The notes: generated by a model not told the origin, from the sequence alone. A DNA stretch of 64,000 nt from Camelus dromedarius (GCF_036321535.1 NC_087462.1:8556001-8620000), one strand, 5' to 3'. Positions 1 to 13,538 are shown, counted from the stretch's first letter. Made by a program: numbers and translations.

Positions 1-490
1 TGACCACTCTTGCCACTTTTATTTAACATAATATCGGAAGTCCTAGCCACAGGAATCAGGCAAGAAAAAGAAATAAAAAGCATACAAATTGAAATGGAAG
101 AGGTAAAGGTGTCACTATTTGTAGACAACAAAAGATACTTTATATAGAAAACCCTAAAGCCTCCACTCAAAAACTATAGAATCAATAAATAAATTCAGCA
201 AAATTACAGGGTACAGATTAATATATTAAAAATCTATATAATATAAATTTCTATACACTAATAATGAAATGTCAGAAGGAGAAAGAAAAAAGCAATTCCA
301 TTTAAAATTGCATCAAAAAGAATTTAATACCTAGGAATAAACTTAAGCAGGGAGATGAAAAACCTACACTCTGGAAACTATAAATCATTGACAAAGGAAA
401 TTGAAGATGATAAAAGAAATGGAAAGATACTCCCATGCTCTTAGATTGGAAAAATTAATATTGTTTAAATATTAAAATTTAAAATTAAAT
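1..490 (+). mobile_element. LINE-1 ORF2 (RT-region) degenerate fragment
   Basis: Sequence resembles L1 ORF2 (gaagtcctagccac...aatcaggcaagaaaaagaaataaaa...gaaaaccctaaag..ctccac...aaattcagcaaa); frameshifted, no long ORF. Confidence 0.85.
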
Positions 491-788
491 ATTACCTGCA
501 ATTTTGCTGAAAATCTAATAATTAATACCCTATATTTTCTACTCTTGATTTAATGAAGATGCTTTATTCTCAGTTTTATTAAGTATGAAAAGTTGTCACT
601 GTTTTGTTTTTTCTAAATCAATAAAGTTAATANNNNNNNNNNNNNNNNNNNNNNNNNNNNNNNNNNNNNNNNNNNNNNNNNNNNNNNNNNNNNNNNNNNN
701 NNNNNNNNNNNNNNNNNNNNNNNNNNNNNNNNNNNNNNNNNNNNNNNNNNNNNNNNNNNNNNNNNNNNNNNNNNNNNNNNNNNNNNNN

Positions 789-960
789 TGAGAGGGGAAA
801 AAAAATCTCTTCCAGACTTTATACTACAAAGATACAGGAAAAAAGTTTCTAATAAGCTGGCCTCAAGAAGATTAGCCATGATTATCTAGGTGGGGCTAAT
901 TTATTCACACGGTCCTCTAAATATGGATGAAGAGGCAGAGGAGTTGGAGTTTCTGTCCTT
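789..960 (+). mobile_element. MLT1-type (MaLR) LTR fragment, 5' part hidden by N-run 633-788
   Basis: gattatctaggtggggctaatttattcacacggtcctctaaatatggatgaagaggcagag resembles MLT1 LTR. Confidence 0.5.
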
Positions 961-1111
961 TCTCTCTTTCTTTCAAGTCTCATGTCTGCATTGGAAAATG
1001 GAGTTCATAATAGTACTACCTTATAGGATGGAGTTTTCTAAAAATTAAAGCTTACAATCCCTATAAGGTACTAAAATCTACGTGTTCTCTTACAATTAAA
1101 AACATTTTCTA

Positions 1112-1305
1112 CTGACAGGCACATGTAGAATAGATAAACAAGATTATACTGTATAGCACAGGGAAATATATACAAGAGCTGGTGGTGGCTCACAGCAAGA
1201 AAGAATGCGACAATGAATATATGTATGTTCGTGTATAATTGAAAAATTGTACTCTACACTGGAATTTGACACAACATTGTAAACTGACTATAACTCAATT
1301 AAAAA
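1112..1305 (+). mobile_element. 5'-truncated camelid-type L1 3' end with target-site duplication
   Basis: L1 3'UTR (ctgtatagcacagggaaatatatacaag...), poly-A tail, TSD aaaaacattttcta at 1098-1111 and 1306-1319. Confidence 0.85.
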
Positions 1306-1544
1306 AAAAACATTTTCTAATGAGAGACTGACAGCTCTTAACTGGTGCCACAAGTATGAAGTTCCTAATCATTTTGGCAAAACTGTCATGAATCCAAGCA
1401 GTGTACTGCCCAAGGTTTTGTATTAAAGGAAAAAACTATACCACTTCTTGAAGATGAGAATAGTAATTTTCTAGAGCTATCAGGAGATGTGACCCACCAG
1501 AAGTAAATGCTTTGATTAGGAGCCTAATCAACAGAATTCTCAAA

Positions 1545-3295
1545 CATAAACTAGGGAGAAAAGTTGAACTCAGGGTTGGGATGAGGTGCTGAGGCCTCAA
1601 GGCTCATTCGTCTGGAATATAAGAGAGATCATGGAAGGAGTAATCAATACTGAATTCGTCTGGCTTGTAATACTGTCTCCTAGAGCAGAGAATGAGCAGG
1701 AAAATTTTCCAATCTGTCCAGAAGAATGTCCCTCAGGGAAATCAATTATTACAGGTGTTATTAACAAGAGGGAGATGCGCTAATGAGCAGACACAGGGAG
1801 CTGTAAATATCTCCTCTGCTGCAGTCCCCCAGCCTGTGCAACCTTGGGCTGGGTCAGATACGGTTGTTGCTTTAGGAGTCATAACTCTGGCTAGGAGACC
1901 AATGCTCAACTCCACCCTGTTGTCTTGTCTGGAAAGAGAGTTTCTATGCCCATCCAGAAGAAACTGGACATCTTTGCTGAGACCTTTCTCTCAGAGACTC
2001 CACCCAGGTGAATCCAAAAGCCCAGTAAATACTGCAGGAGGAGGTCAAAGGGAATGGCAGCCAAGAACATTTACCTGAGTTCACTTGAGAACCAATTCAG
2101 ACTAGCCCAGAGCTGACACCTCTGTGGATCTTTGTTTGCTTGGCTAATTAATGTAGTGATTAATGATGCCAAAAATAGAATATTGAACTCAACAAAGCAA
2201 GGGTCCATGTTGACCATTAAATGATGGGCATGGAAGCCCAATTAGAAGAGAGAATGGGAGGTGTAAGGTGCTTCCACTAAAAGTAGAACTTCAGTCCAAG
2301 GACTCTTGCAATTAACTGGAGTAAAGATACAGCGTATTAGCTGTGAAAGGGTGTACGGTGATGGGAGATTTTTTTTTTAAGACGGAACATTTTGACTCTG
2401 ATGAGTGAGATCCAGGTAAACGAAGGGTGGCAAACTTTTTCTTGTAACAGCAGTCCATGAGACATACATTTCACAGTTACTCCTCTCTCTTAACAATCAA
2501 ATGAAAAAAATTGATTACGTGAAAATGGGCATGTTAGTCATCTTACTTCGCAAAGATTTCATTCCCTGTGAGGCTGACTGAATTTGTAGGTTAGCTAGCC
2601 CATTACTTCCTCTATTTAAAATTGCCTCTACAGGTCCTTCACTTCTGTATAGTGAATTCAGCATGTTTTTGTTCCTGTTTTTGATTATATTCTTTCAAAT
2701 TAAGAATTGGACTTTTTATCATCAGGTTTGTTGTTTGCCACTTAGATTATGCATGTGTACAATTGTGCAGAATGTCTGAGTTTATAAATTTTGTGTGATA
2801 AAATGTGTCAGTCATATTATGTTCTCTCCCTTGCTTAAGAAAAAAAATTTAGCTGAAAGAATTGAGTTTTCATTTTTTTTTTTTTACTTGCGAATCTTTG
2901 CCTTAAACAAAAATGAAAATGAATACACTTCTACATATTTGGTGCTCATAAATCATGCTTTATACATAATTGCAACTACTTTCCACATCTGAATTCTTAT
3001 TGTCCTTTCATTCTTCTGTGATTAGGTCTGTTTCAAAAAGTTGCATTGTGTTCAGTTTCCATTTGGAAGGCATTCTTCTTTACATTTGACTAAATTATTT
3101 TTCATATGCATATTTGAATCCATATATTTCTATGTAAGAGGAAGTTTATAACTTAGTGCTTCTATCTTACATTTTTTAAAACTTGCTGTCAATTATTTTA
3201 TTTCCAAGTCTTTTGTAATTTAAAATTGATTTAGTGATATTATTAAATTATAATTATTATATTGCATTTTCCTTCAATTTTGTTTCATATAGTTT
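1545..3295 (+). repeat. OR7 upstream block, copy 1 (paralogous to about 7740-9530); probable OR promoter/5'UTR region
   Basis: Collinear anchors with about 6.19 kb offset: tccc(t/a)caggga 1729/7924, gctgtaaatatc 1800/7993, aaaagtagaac 2279/8467, tgtgattaggtct 3017/9215. Confidence 0.8.
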
Positions 3296-4085
3296 TTTAT
3301 ATTGGATTTCCTAAAATGCAGAAGATACAAAATATGGACAAGGGACCCCTTGTGAATTGAAGTTTCAGCAGCAGCGGGGAGGCTACCTCATTCCTCAACA
3401 TTCTCTGCCACCATCACTTCTCACTCTCCCTCCTGTTCATTTCCTTCACCGGGGTGGCCCCCTTTTGGGACTAGAACATCTTAAACACCTTCTTCAGGGC
3501 ATTTCTTTGCACTGTCTGTTTCCTTGCCCAGGCACACTTTACCAGGTTTGTTCATGCACTGGTTCTATCTTCCTTGAGGTCTTTGTTCAAATATCCCCTT
3601 GTTCACAGGTCTCACCTGAACATGCATTAAAAAAAATAGAACTCCCTTTTCACTCTCTCCTTTATACCTCCTTTTTTTGTCTTCATAACACTGTCACCAT
3701 CTGACATGCTAAATAATTTTTACTTACTTTTATTCTGTCTCCATAACCAGATTTTGGGAGCTTTGGTTTTTCAGCACCCTGCACTCCCTGCATAGTAAGT
3801 GCCTGGAGCATTTTCTCAATTCAATTTGTATTCCTCAAGTGCATGAAAGAGTTTCTTATCAGAACTGTGAATACATGACATCTGGGGGGAAAAGGAGAGC
3901 GGGATATGTCTGCTAACTAGAGATAACATAGAAGATTTTAAAAAGGGGACCAAATCCACAAACAAAATATTGAAATTAATTTCTTAATGGGAAATATAAA
4001 TGGCAACATTTCAACAATGTGAGTAATGCCCATTTGTGTGACAATTAATCATATATTCCCCTTTTCTAGTAGTCACTTCCACCAC

Positions 4086-5054
4086 ATGACACCAAGGAAC
4101 ATAACAGCAGTTTCAGAATTTCTTCTTCTGGGATTTTCAGAGGAGCCAGAACTGCAGCCCCTCATGTTTGGGCTTTTCCTCTCCATGTACCTGATCACAG
4201 TGTTTGGAAACCTGCTCATCATCCTGGCCGTCATCTCAGACTCCCACCTCCACACCCCCATGTACTTCTTCCTCTCCAACCTGTCCTTTGTAGACATCTG
4301 TTTCACCTCCACCACCATCCCAAAGATGCTGTGGAACATCCAGACCCAGAGCAAAGTCATCACCTATGAAGGCTGCATCATCCAGATGCATTTTTTTACA
4401 CTCTTTATAGGATTAGACATCTTCCTCCTGACCGTGATGGCCTATGACCGGTTTGTGGCCATCTGTCACCCCCTGCACTACATGGTCATCATGAACCCCC
4501 GGCTCTGTGGACTGCTGGTGCTAGCATCCTGGATCATATGTGTCCTGCATTCCTTGTTAGAAAGCTTAATGATGTTGCGACTGTCCTTCTGTACAGCCTT
4601 AGAAATCCCCCACTTCTTCTGTGAACTCAATCAGATGATCCAACTTGCCAATTCTGACACCTTTCTCAATAACATGGTGATGTATTTTGTAGCTGTGTTG
4701 ATGGCTGGTGGTTCCCTCACTGGTATTATTTACTCTTACTCTAAGATAGTTTCCTCCATACGTGGAATCACATCATCACACAGGAAGTATAAAGCATTTT
4801 CCACCTGTGCATCTCACCTCTCCGTTGTCTCCTTATTTTATTGTACAGGCTTAGGAGTGTACCTTAGCTCTGCTGCTCCCCACAGCTCACACTCGAGTGC
4901 AACAGCCTCGGTGATGTACACAGTGGTCACCCCCATGCTGAACCCCTTCATTTACAGTCTGAGAAATAAAGACTTAAAGAGGGGTCTAAAAATACTCTTT
5001 CAAAAGGAAACTATAAATAAGCCTATTATCCTAAGGTTTAAGAAGTATACGTGA
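4086..5054 (+). CDS. Olfactory receptor, class II family 7, OR7A-like, intact 322 aa
   Basis: [16 protein letters not shown] start with N-glycosylation sequon; motifs [50 protein letters not shown]; splice acceptor ttttctag at 4062-4069 just upstream, so ATG 4086 is preferred to 4026. Confidence 0.95.
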   Translation: MTPRNITAVSEFLLLGFSEEPELQPLMFGLFLSMYLITVFGNLLIILAVISDSHLHTPMYFFLSNLSFVDICFTSTTIPKMLWNIQTQSKVITYEGCIIQMHFFTLFIGLDIFLLTVMAYDRFVAICHPLHYMVIMNPRLCGLLVLASWIICVLHSLLESLMMLRLSFCTALEIPHFFCELNQMIQLANSDTFLNNMVMYFVAVLMAGGSLTGIIYSYSKIVSSIRGITSSHRKYKAFSTCASHLSVVSLFYCTGLGVYLSSAAPHSSHSSATASVMYTVVTPMLNPFIYSLRNKDLKRGLKILFQKETINKPIILRFKKYT

Positions 5055-5677
5055 AAGCAGAGCTCAAAGCCTGAGCAAAATGTTGCCAATCTTTGATCAA
5101 ACTGTGGAAGTAGACCATGCTTTTTCTATTTCTCTTGGAATTTCTATTTCAACTTTGACTTTATCCAATTTATGTAACTCACTTTTATATTTTGGAATAT
5201 CTCTGATATCCAAGTTTTTTTTCCCTTATTAATTTTTCTATTCTCCTGATTGTATTTCCAACCTTGGATGTGAACTATTTGGAAATTCCCATTCATCTCA
5301 AGAAATTACATGGATCTCTGAATAATAATTTCTTCTCAAATGAAATATACTGAGTTTTTAAAATTTTATTTGATGAAAAGAATAATCATGAGTTTTAATA
5401 CTTCTATGGGAGAAAACTCCTCTTGGCAAATAGAACTATTTATAAGTTTATAAGAGAGGAAAATCTGAGACCCCTGTTTTTCACTTTTGTAAACATCATT
5501 CCATTCCATATCACTACCTTAATTACTCTTCCTGATAATCCAAACTTTAACATACTGGTTGTTGTCACTAATTATGGGACATTTTTCTACTCATTAGGAT
5601 TTTATACTTCTATATAGTTTGCATTCACTCTGTCTACCATAGTCACTTGCAAAAATTGATAATAAAATACATGTCTC

Positions 5678-6177
5678 TCCTGGCTAAAGAAGATGTGGTA
5701 TATTTATACAATGGAATACTATTCAGCCATAAAAATGACACCATACGCCAATTGCAGCAACATGGATGTCCCTGGAGAATGTCATTCTAAGTGAAGTAAG
5801 CCAGAAAGAGAAAGAAAAATATCATATGAGATTGTTCATATGTGGAATCTAAAAAGAAAAGAAAAAGACAAATGAACATAAATATAAAACAGAAACAGAC
5901 TCATAGACATAGAATACAAACTCGTGGCTGCCAGTCGGGAGAGGGGTGAGAAGGGAGACTGGGAGTTCGAAATATGTATATATAGAATAGGTAAATAAGA
6001 TTATACTGTATAGCACAGGGAAATATATACAAGATCTTGTGGTAGCTCATGGTGAAAAAGAATGCAACAATGAATATATGTATGTTCATGTATGACTGGA
6101 AAATTGTGCTCTACACTGAAAATTAACACCACATTGTAAACTGACTATAACTCAATAAAATAAAATTTAAAAAATAA
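5678..6177 (+). mobile_element. 5'-truncated camelid-type L1 3' end
   Basis: aaagaagatgtggtatatttatacaatgg...A-rich tail; degenerate TSD aataaaatac(a/t)tg(t/c)ctc at 5661-5677 and 6178-6194. Confidence 0.85.
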
Positions 6178-6839
6178 AATAAAATACTTGCCTCCAAGTG
6201 GACTCTACACAGAAAAACATATGCAAAAATAGATAGATATAATATGGTCTTAGAATAGAGTTGACCTTAAGTATGGTGAAGCAAAATATTAAATCATACA
6301 TTTATTACTATGTAAAATATTTCATTTTAGTTGTTCATCTACTCATTGAAATATGGAATATCAGTGTCCATTTGCAAGGTGTATTCATTGAGCTAAAGGA
6401 CTGAAGGCGTGTTTTGCCTTTTTATTAAATTATTTTCTTGTTTCTGTTGGAAAATTCCAATGCCTCTACAAAATATAATCCTTTTATTTCTCTAAAAGAA
6501 ATCTCTCCCACTCTTCAAAATTTTGTCACAACCACTAATAGGGCAGAGAATTAACAATACCAGTATCATCCTCATAATCAAATGATGACTCACTGGAAAG
6601 CTTAGATTCCTGTTCAGGTATGTGATTCAGGGTCACAGGTGTTGTGCAAACACCCATGTCCTTCCAACCTCTCCATGTGACCTCAAAGAGACCTCAATGT
6701 AGTTACTTTTTCACACAGTTATAGGAAATAAACTTGAATAATACTGAGTAAAAGTATCAGAACAAATGCCTGGAACAAGCAGAATCACATTGTTACAACT
6801 GCCATCACTTTTGTCCAATTTGATTATTGTATTAGTTAT

Positions 6840-7483
6840 TGTGAAACCAAGCAGGACCTTGTGGGGCCTTCCCAGGGACAGACACCACCTCGCCCTATGC
6901 CCCTGCCTCTTGTTTAGAAAAGCTTTAACGTCTAGGACTTCCCTGAGTTCCAAGGAGCACATTTAATTAAACAGAAAAATGAGAAAATCAGAAACAAAGA
7001 AAGCAGTAGAGCAGGGCCTAATAATAGCAGTGTAGCCATAAAACAAAGTCAAGGACCTTTAGTTCCTCCTCAGGGGCTATAGATAATATTTTGAACCATA
7101 TCTTTGAGTTGTTTTGCCAATACTAAAACCCCAACCAGATAGAAAATATGAGCTACATGCTGACCCCGAGCACATAGACCCTACACTAGCTGAAACCAGA
7201 AGATTGATGACAGAGATTCCCAAAACTTCCAAATAACTAGAATAATCCTACAGGAGCTGACTACACATCCTTCCACCTTCTCCCTCATTCTGTCTTTTAA
7301 AAACCCTTCCCTGAGAGCCTTTGGGGAGTTCAGATCTTCTGTGCGTGAGCTGCCCATTCTCCTTGCTCGGCCCCAAGATGGGCACCTTGCGATAAACACT
7401 GTACTTTCCTTCACCCCCAGCCAATGTCATTAGATTAGCTTTACTGCACACAGGTGAGCAGACGCAAGTTTGGTTCAGTAATG
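6840..7483 (+). mobile_element. Solo ERV (ERV1-like) LTR
   Basis: Starts tgtgaaacc, TATA-like ttttaaaaaccc near 7296, polyA-like gataaa 7391, ends ...ggttcagtaa; no internal ERV sequence; TSD not resolved. Confidence 0.65.
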
Positions 7484-7739
7484 ACTGCTGCATACAAACT
7501 TTCTTGGAATAAAATTGTTTAATATAATATCTTTCTTCTTAAATGGGATTGTAGGATGCGGAATTGTTCTGATGACTGCAGGACTTCTCATGAGTCTTTA
7601 GTTTTACATTTTAATGTAAAGTAAAGTTGTCTCTCTTATAAAGAGGGGAATAATAATTTTCTAAGGGTATCATGGACTGTGTCCTCACCACAGGTCAATG
7701 CTTTGAAGACCCAAGGAACTTATTCAAGACAATTGCCTC

Positions 7740-9530
7740 AGTCTCATGTTGGAGAAAATTTAAATTCAGGGTTGAAATAAGGTGCTGGGAATTTAGACCT
7801 CTGGAAAGCAAGAGAGTTAATGGAGAAGGATTAATAAAACTTGAGTTCTCCTGGCTTATAACCTAATCTCCTGAGAACAGAGAATCAGCAGGGGAAAAAA
7901 AAATCCTTTCTATCTAGACCAAGTCCCACAGGGAAATCAAAAAATTATAGGTAATTGTAATATGAAGGAAATGTGCCTAATAAGCAGGCATAGCTGTAAA
8001 TATCCCCTGTGCTGCAGTCCCTGATCCTTGGCATGGACAAGACAGGTTTGTTGCTTTGGGAGTCCTAAGTCTGACTAAAGGACCAATTCCTGACCCCTTC
8101 CTTCTGTCTTGTCTAGGGACAGAGCTCCAGTCTCCATCATCAACCAACCAGGAAGGGATTCGAGTATCCACACAAAGACCTTCATCTCAGGCTTCCCATG
8201 CAGGAGTCCACGAGCCTAAAAGACACTGCAGTTAAAGGTCAGAGAGAATGAAACCCAAGAATGTTTACCAGAGGTCACCTGAGAACCAACTCAGCCTAAC
8301 CCAGAGCCCAGAGCCTGCTTGCTTGATTGAAATATCAATGTATTTTTTAGATGCTAAAGGAGAAGTGAACACTGAACAAAGCAAGGCAATATTCAGTGAT
8401 GCCAATTAAATGGTAAGAAATTAGGTCAATTAAAAAAGGAAGGAGAGGCATGAAGTGCTTCCAGTAAAAGTAGAACATATGTCCAAGTATCTTATTAATT
8501 AACTGAAGTAGAGAAATAAGGTATTAGCTATGGAGGATTATAAAATGCAGTGAAGGTATTTCTTTCCATCTTTTAAGGCTGGGCATATTTGACCATGACT
8601 CCATATTGTTGAGAAACAGCCACATCAAAGAATGCTGCAAATACATCCCTGCAAAGGTAGTGTATATATTTCAGCATAGGAGACATATATTTCACAGTGA
8701 AATAAATTTTAAAACTTTTAAGATGTGAAAAGGGGTATGCTAATGAGCTTACCTTGCAATTATTTCAATATGTGGGGCTGAATATGCATATAGATTTGAT
8801 AGCCATTGACTTTCTCTATCCCAAATTATCTGGGTGAGTCCTTGATTTTGTGCATTAGGATCTGAGAATTTTTACTCCTGTTTTTTAGTGCAATCTTTTG
8901 ATCAAAGAATTGGAGTTATTTTCACAAACTGCCTATTTGCCATTTAGTTCTTCTTGTATGTATGCATAAATGTATTTGAGGGGAATTTTGAGGGTATATA
9001 AATTTTGTGTGGTCAAATCTATCAATCATATTGTGCACTCTCCATTGCTTTTCTATATTTTTTGAAGAGTTAATATTCTTCACCTACAAATCATTGTTTT
9101 AAACAAAAATGATTGTGAAAGTTCTGCATCTTTAGTGCTAAAAAAAAAGTCACCCTTTACGTTTCCCAGCAAGTTTTTACATCTCTGTTATTCCTTATTG
9201 TCCTTTTTGGCCATTGTGATTAGGTCTATTTTGAAAACTTGCATCATATTTGGCCATCATTTAGAAGGCATCTTTCTTTACCATTGACTAAAGATCACCC
9301 TTATCTACCTTAAGCACATTGAAGTCCACAAATCTTCACATAAGATGAAATTATAACTTAGATACTGCTTTTTCCCTACATCTTAAAAGTCCGCTGTAAT
9401 ATCCTTCTATTTCCAAGTTTTTGGCAATTTAGTAATAGTGGCCCATGTGGATGTCATTTAAAAATTACTTTTCCATATCTTCATATAACTTACCTGTAGA
9501 TTTTCATTCAATTTTGTTACCTATAGTTGT
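7740..9530 (+). repeat. OR7 upstream block, copy 2 (paralogous to about 1545-3295)
   Basis: Same collinear anchors as copy 1; homology ends near ttcaattttgtt at about 9510. Confidence 0.8.
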
Positions 9531-9923
9531 TTTGAAACCACTCTACTTAACCTAGGTTCATTCTCACTGACATTTTTTCCCCATAAGATCTTAGTTTCTT
9601 TTAAAAGTCTCTTTCTATAGCATGTACACATATAAAACCCATACACTTTTATACAAGTACAAGAATAGGATCCTATCCACATTGTAAATGCATCGTTTTC
9701 CCTACATTTTCTCCTGTTATCCCTCTTACTCAATAATTCCTCGCAGACTTGCCTCCAGTCACTAGTATAATGATGACTCATTATGTTTACGGCTGTATAA
9801 CATGTCACGGTGTGCTTCTGCTGCTCTCACTTTGATGGTTTTTCATATCCTCTATCATTGGTCACTATTATATAAATGCTCCAAAAATATGTTAAGGTAG
9901 TGAAGTTCAAACTCTAGCTCTAA

Positions 9924-10105
9924 CAGTGGCTGATTTTGTCCCCAGGGTACATTGGACAATGTCCAGAGCCTTTCTTGGCTGTCACATGCAAATGGCTCAG
10001 TAGAGGTCAAGTACGCTGGAAACATCCTACAATGCAGAGGACACACCACACCACAAACAAATTATTTGGCTCAGAATGTCAGTTACCAATACTGAAGACT
10101 CCTTA
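9924..10105 (+). mobile_element. MER20 (hAT-Charlie DNA transposon)
   Basis: cagtggc..tgattttgtccccaggg..cattggacaatgtc...aaacatcctacaatgca...aattatttggctcagaatgtca matches recalled MER20 consensus. Confidence 0.7.
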
Positions 10106-12379
10106 GTTAAAGAATATCTGTATTTTGGATATTTATAGCTGTCTTCAGATTTTTCCCAAATTGTTGTAGCACTTCACATTTCTGCCAGAAAAATCAGAGT
10201 GAGCCTTTGCCACTAGATCAAAATTCTCACATTAAAATATGGCAGATCTTTAAGATTTTCCAGGGGACCCAGGACAATGATATGAAAGAGTTTTCTTGCT
10301 GTTTTCTTAAACTATATACTGAGAGCAAAGGTTATATATTTGGTAACCATTTTGATTTCCTTATTACTATTATATACCATATATTATATGCCCATTTTTC
10401 TACATTATCAGTCTTTCAAATAATTCTTACAAATGATTATTTTTAATTGACTTTGGGGCACATTTTGGGCATAAAATTTTAAAATTTTATTTAGTTAAAA
10501 ATGTCTACTTTCTTACTTCTGAGTTTTTTACCTTATTTAAGATACTTTTGCCCTCTCATAGATTTTTATATGTAGATTTCAAGATGTTCATATAAAATGT
10601 GTTGGTTACTCTCACACTGAGGTGGTAAGCTTTAATTTTTTGTAAAATATTTGAGTGAGGGAAGGAGTGTCATTTTTTGCAATATAAACATTTATGCCAA
10701 CTTCTATCAATAACTCAATCTTTCCAAATAAATTGAAATACAATCTTGTTATATATTAAATGACCATATATAATGAGACCTAAGTCCTAATTCATTCAAC
10801 AATACTCAGTGAGCATGTGCTACATGCCAGATATCCTAGTAATATTATATATTATTTTACATCTAAGTCATTGTCAATTTAATTAATCCACATTGATATC
10901 ATAAAATTATTACTATTTTAACTCTTGCTCAGATAACTTTCAAAACTCCTTTCAAATCTGCTTACAGCAGTTTTGAACCATACTGTTTAACCTGGTTTCA
11001 TTCTCCTTGTCATTCCTCTCATTTCCTAACTTTTCATTTTTCTTAAATTTATTTTTGCACAGGTGCACATATATTCACACACTCGGTTAAAATACAAAGA
11101 TAACAAAACAGGTGAAGTCTATGCATATTTGGATCTAGCATTAAAATTGAGAAGACAGAGCACGATGAAAGAATTGTGTGTATAATACAATATTCTCAGA
11201 TACCTGATGTGAAGAAAGTTACTCAGTGAAAAGGCTGGAACCGTCACGACATGTGTAGGTTTATGGGTATGGACTGTGGAGGTCACTGATGTTGGGCAAA
11301 GACCAGAGCTAGGGCCAAAGTGTGCTCATAGAACACACCAGAAAAGCAATCCAATCCCAAGAATAACCAAGAGAATATGTCACATATGAAAAGGGAGATC
11401 GAGGCTTGCCTCGTCTCCTATCAGATCATATAAAAACCAATTCGTAAAATAAATACAAAAAAGGCACAGGAAAAACAAGCTTTGCTGCCTGATATTAAAA
11501 ATGACCAACATTCAATTCATACCCGTTGTACTTTATACACATCCTTTTGTGACGCGTTGGTTTATTCCCTTTGCTTGTTTCCCTCTTGGGCTGTACAATT
11601 TGTATGTAGTTCAGACTATAAAGATATTGCTACTTTAACTTTTGGATAAATTTATTTTTACTTCATTATTTTCCCTGGAAATCAAGGAATATAACAGCAC
11701 ATGAAATGTCACCAAAACCAAAGAAGCTTTTCTTTACCACATTCTCCCAGGGACCATTAAGATTATTAAGTCTTTATTCCTTTTCTGTCCATTTCTCCAT
11801 TCTTAGTCTCATTCTCATTCATTCTCTCTCCCTCCACCCCCTTTTCTCTCTCATGTATCAAGATACATGCACATATATCTTAAAATACAGGTTTAGAGAA
11901 AGAATGTAGATACATATACACACATATGTGTTCTCTGAAAAGATTTTTTATGTATCTTTAATACAAGGCATAAATGACCATATCAAAATCAAACTCCAAG
12001 ATTATTGTTACCTGGGAGGTTTGAAATTGGACTTTCTGGATGACTTTTGTACATAATCTGATCTGGCCGCAGTATCTAGGAATTTTTAAAATGCAAGTTA
12101 AATTGATAAAGCTATATGCAGATTATACCCTAAATTCTGATAAACATCATATTCATTTATAAAATGCTAGAATTATTCTCTTGAAAGAAAGGAAGAATGA
12201 TACGAATTCCAACTCTTAACATAAGTTTGAACAGTGTTGTGGAATTTCATACCAACACAATAAAAGCTAAAGATAAACAGGTGTTGTAAATTAGTATTAT
12301 TTGGAGACGATATATAAATATTAGAGAAAATCTTAAAATTAACAAGAAAATCTAGAAAGTGCACACAAGCCCAACACAG

Positions 12380-12810
12380 AAGGACAAACACTGTATAATT
12401 CCACTTACACAAGGTATCTAAAATAATCAATGCACAGAAATAGAGAACAGAATGTTGCTTGCCAGTGGCTGGTGGGGAGGGGAAATAGGGAATTCTTAGT
12501 CAATGGGTATAAAGTTCCTGTTATACAAGATGAATAAGTTCTAGAGATCTGATGCACAACATACTACATATAGTTAATAATACTGTGTTGTACCCTTTAA
12601 AATATATTCGGAGGATAGATTGTAAGTATTCTTACTACACAAAAAAACACACACAAAAGAATACCAGGAAATATCTGGAAGTGGTATGTTTATACCTTGA
12701 TTGTGGTGATGGTATCAGAGGTGAATGCATATGTCCAAATTTATCAAGATATATATATCAAATATATGCAATTTTTGGTAAGTTGATTATACTTCAATAA
12801 AGCTAAAAAA
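12380..12810 (+). mobile_element. Ancient L1M (L1MA/MB) 3' end
   Basis: aaggacaaacactgtataattccacttac...gatgaataagttctagagatctgatgcacaacat...cttcaataaagct. Confidence 0.75.
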
Positions 12811-13160
12811 AAGATTAATGTATGTGAAGGAAAACTCGGTATTTAGAAACACTAGGATGCTATCTTTAGAAATTCAATTTTGACTGAATTTATATAGGGA
12901 CATTGATGATATAAATGAAATGTTAATGATGATTAATAATAATATTGGGTTTTTTTAGCAGAAGATTCACCCAAAGTCCAGAGGTTTAAGATATAGCAAT
13001 AACAGAAAGGCAGCATGATGAAAGAACCTCTTAATGATTGGGAGATCTGCCTAGAGTTAGGGAATTCCTCATTCCCACAAGCACTGAACAGAAATTACAA
13101 GAGCAATTATCCAGGATGCTGGGAAAGGGATGATTGCTTAGGGATGCAGGCAAGCACTAC

Positions 13161-13357
13161 AGCAGTGCTCCTCAAACGTGTGTGTGTGTGAGAGAGAGAG
13201 AGAATTCACAGGTGGGCTTATTAAACCACAGGGTGCTTGCTTCACGCCCAGAGTATTTGACTCAGTAGGTCAGATGAGCCTAAAGATGTTCATTTCTAGC
13301 AGATTCCCAGGGGATGCTGATGGTGCTGGTCAGGGACCACAATCTGAGAACTACTGA
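13161..13357 (+). mobile_element. MER5A-like DNA transposon with internal (TG)/(AG) microsatellite, just upstream of OR7C2
   Basis: cagtgctcctcaaa...catttctagcagattcccaggggatgctgatggtgctggtcagggaccacaatctgagaactactg. Confidence 0.7.
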
Positions 13358-13538
13358 ATTTAGAGAAAATGTTTCCAGACAGCAACAATAACCACAATTT
13401 GTCATCCAAGAAAGCCAAAATATACGACTCATGAAGTCCCTGGGCTTGGATTCAGGATATTTCTGTCACTGGGGAATACTTACTTGGAGTGAATTTTGTA
13501 TTGCTTTTTCCCTCTTTCTGGGCAAACCCAGCAGCCTT

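Noticed and set aside
4026-4085. N-terminal extension of the OR7A-like ORF from ATG 4026
   Set aside because: It runs through a polypyrimidine tract and acceptor (ttttctag 4062-4069). The OR-typical start with the N-glycosylation sequon is at 4086.
4073-4363. Antisense ORFs over OR genes (also 13466-13816 and 52610-53011)
   Set aside because: These are shadow ORFs of the OR coding strands with no independent homology.
13431-13538. 36-aa N-terminal extension of OR7C2
   Set aside because: It crosses a pyrimidine-rich acceptor region, and homology to OR7C2 starts at ATG 13539.
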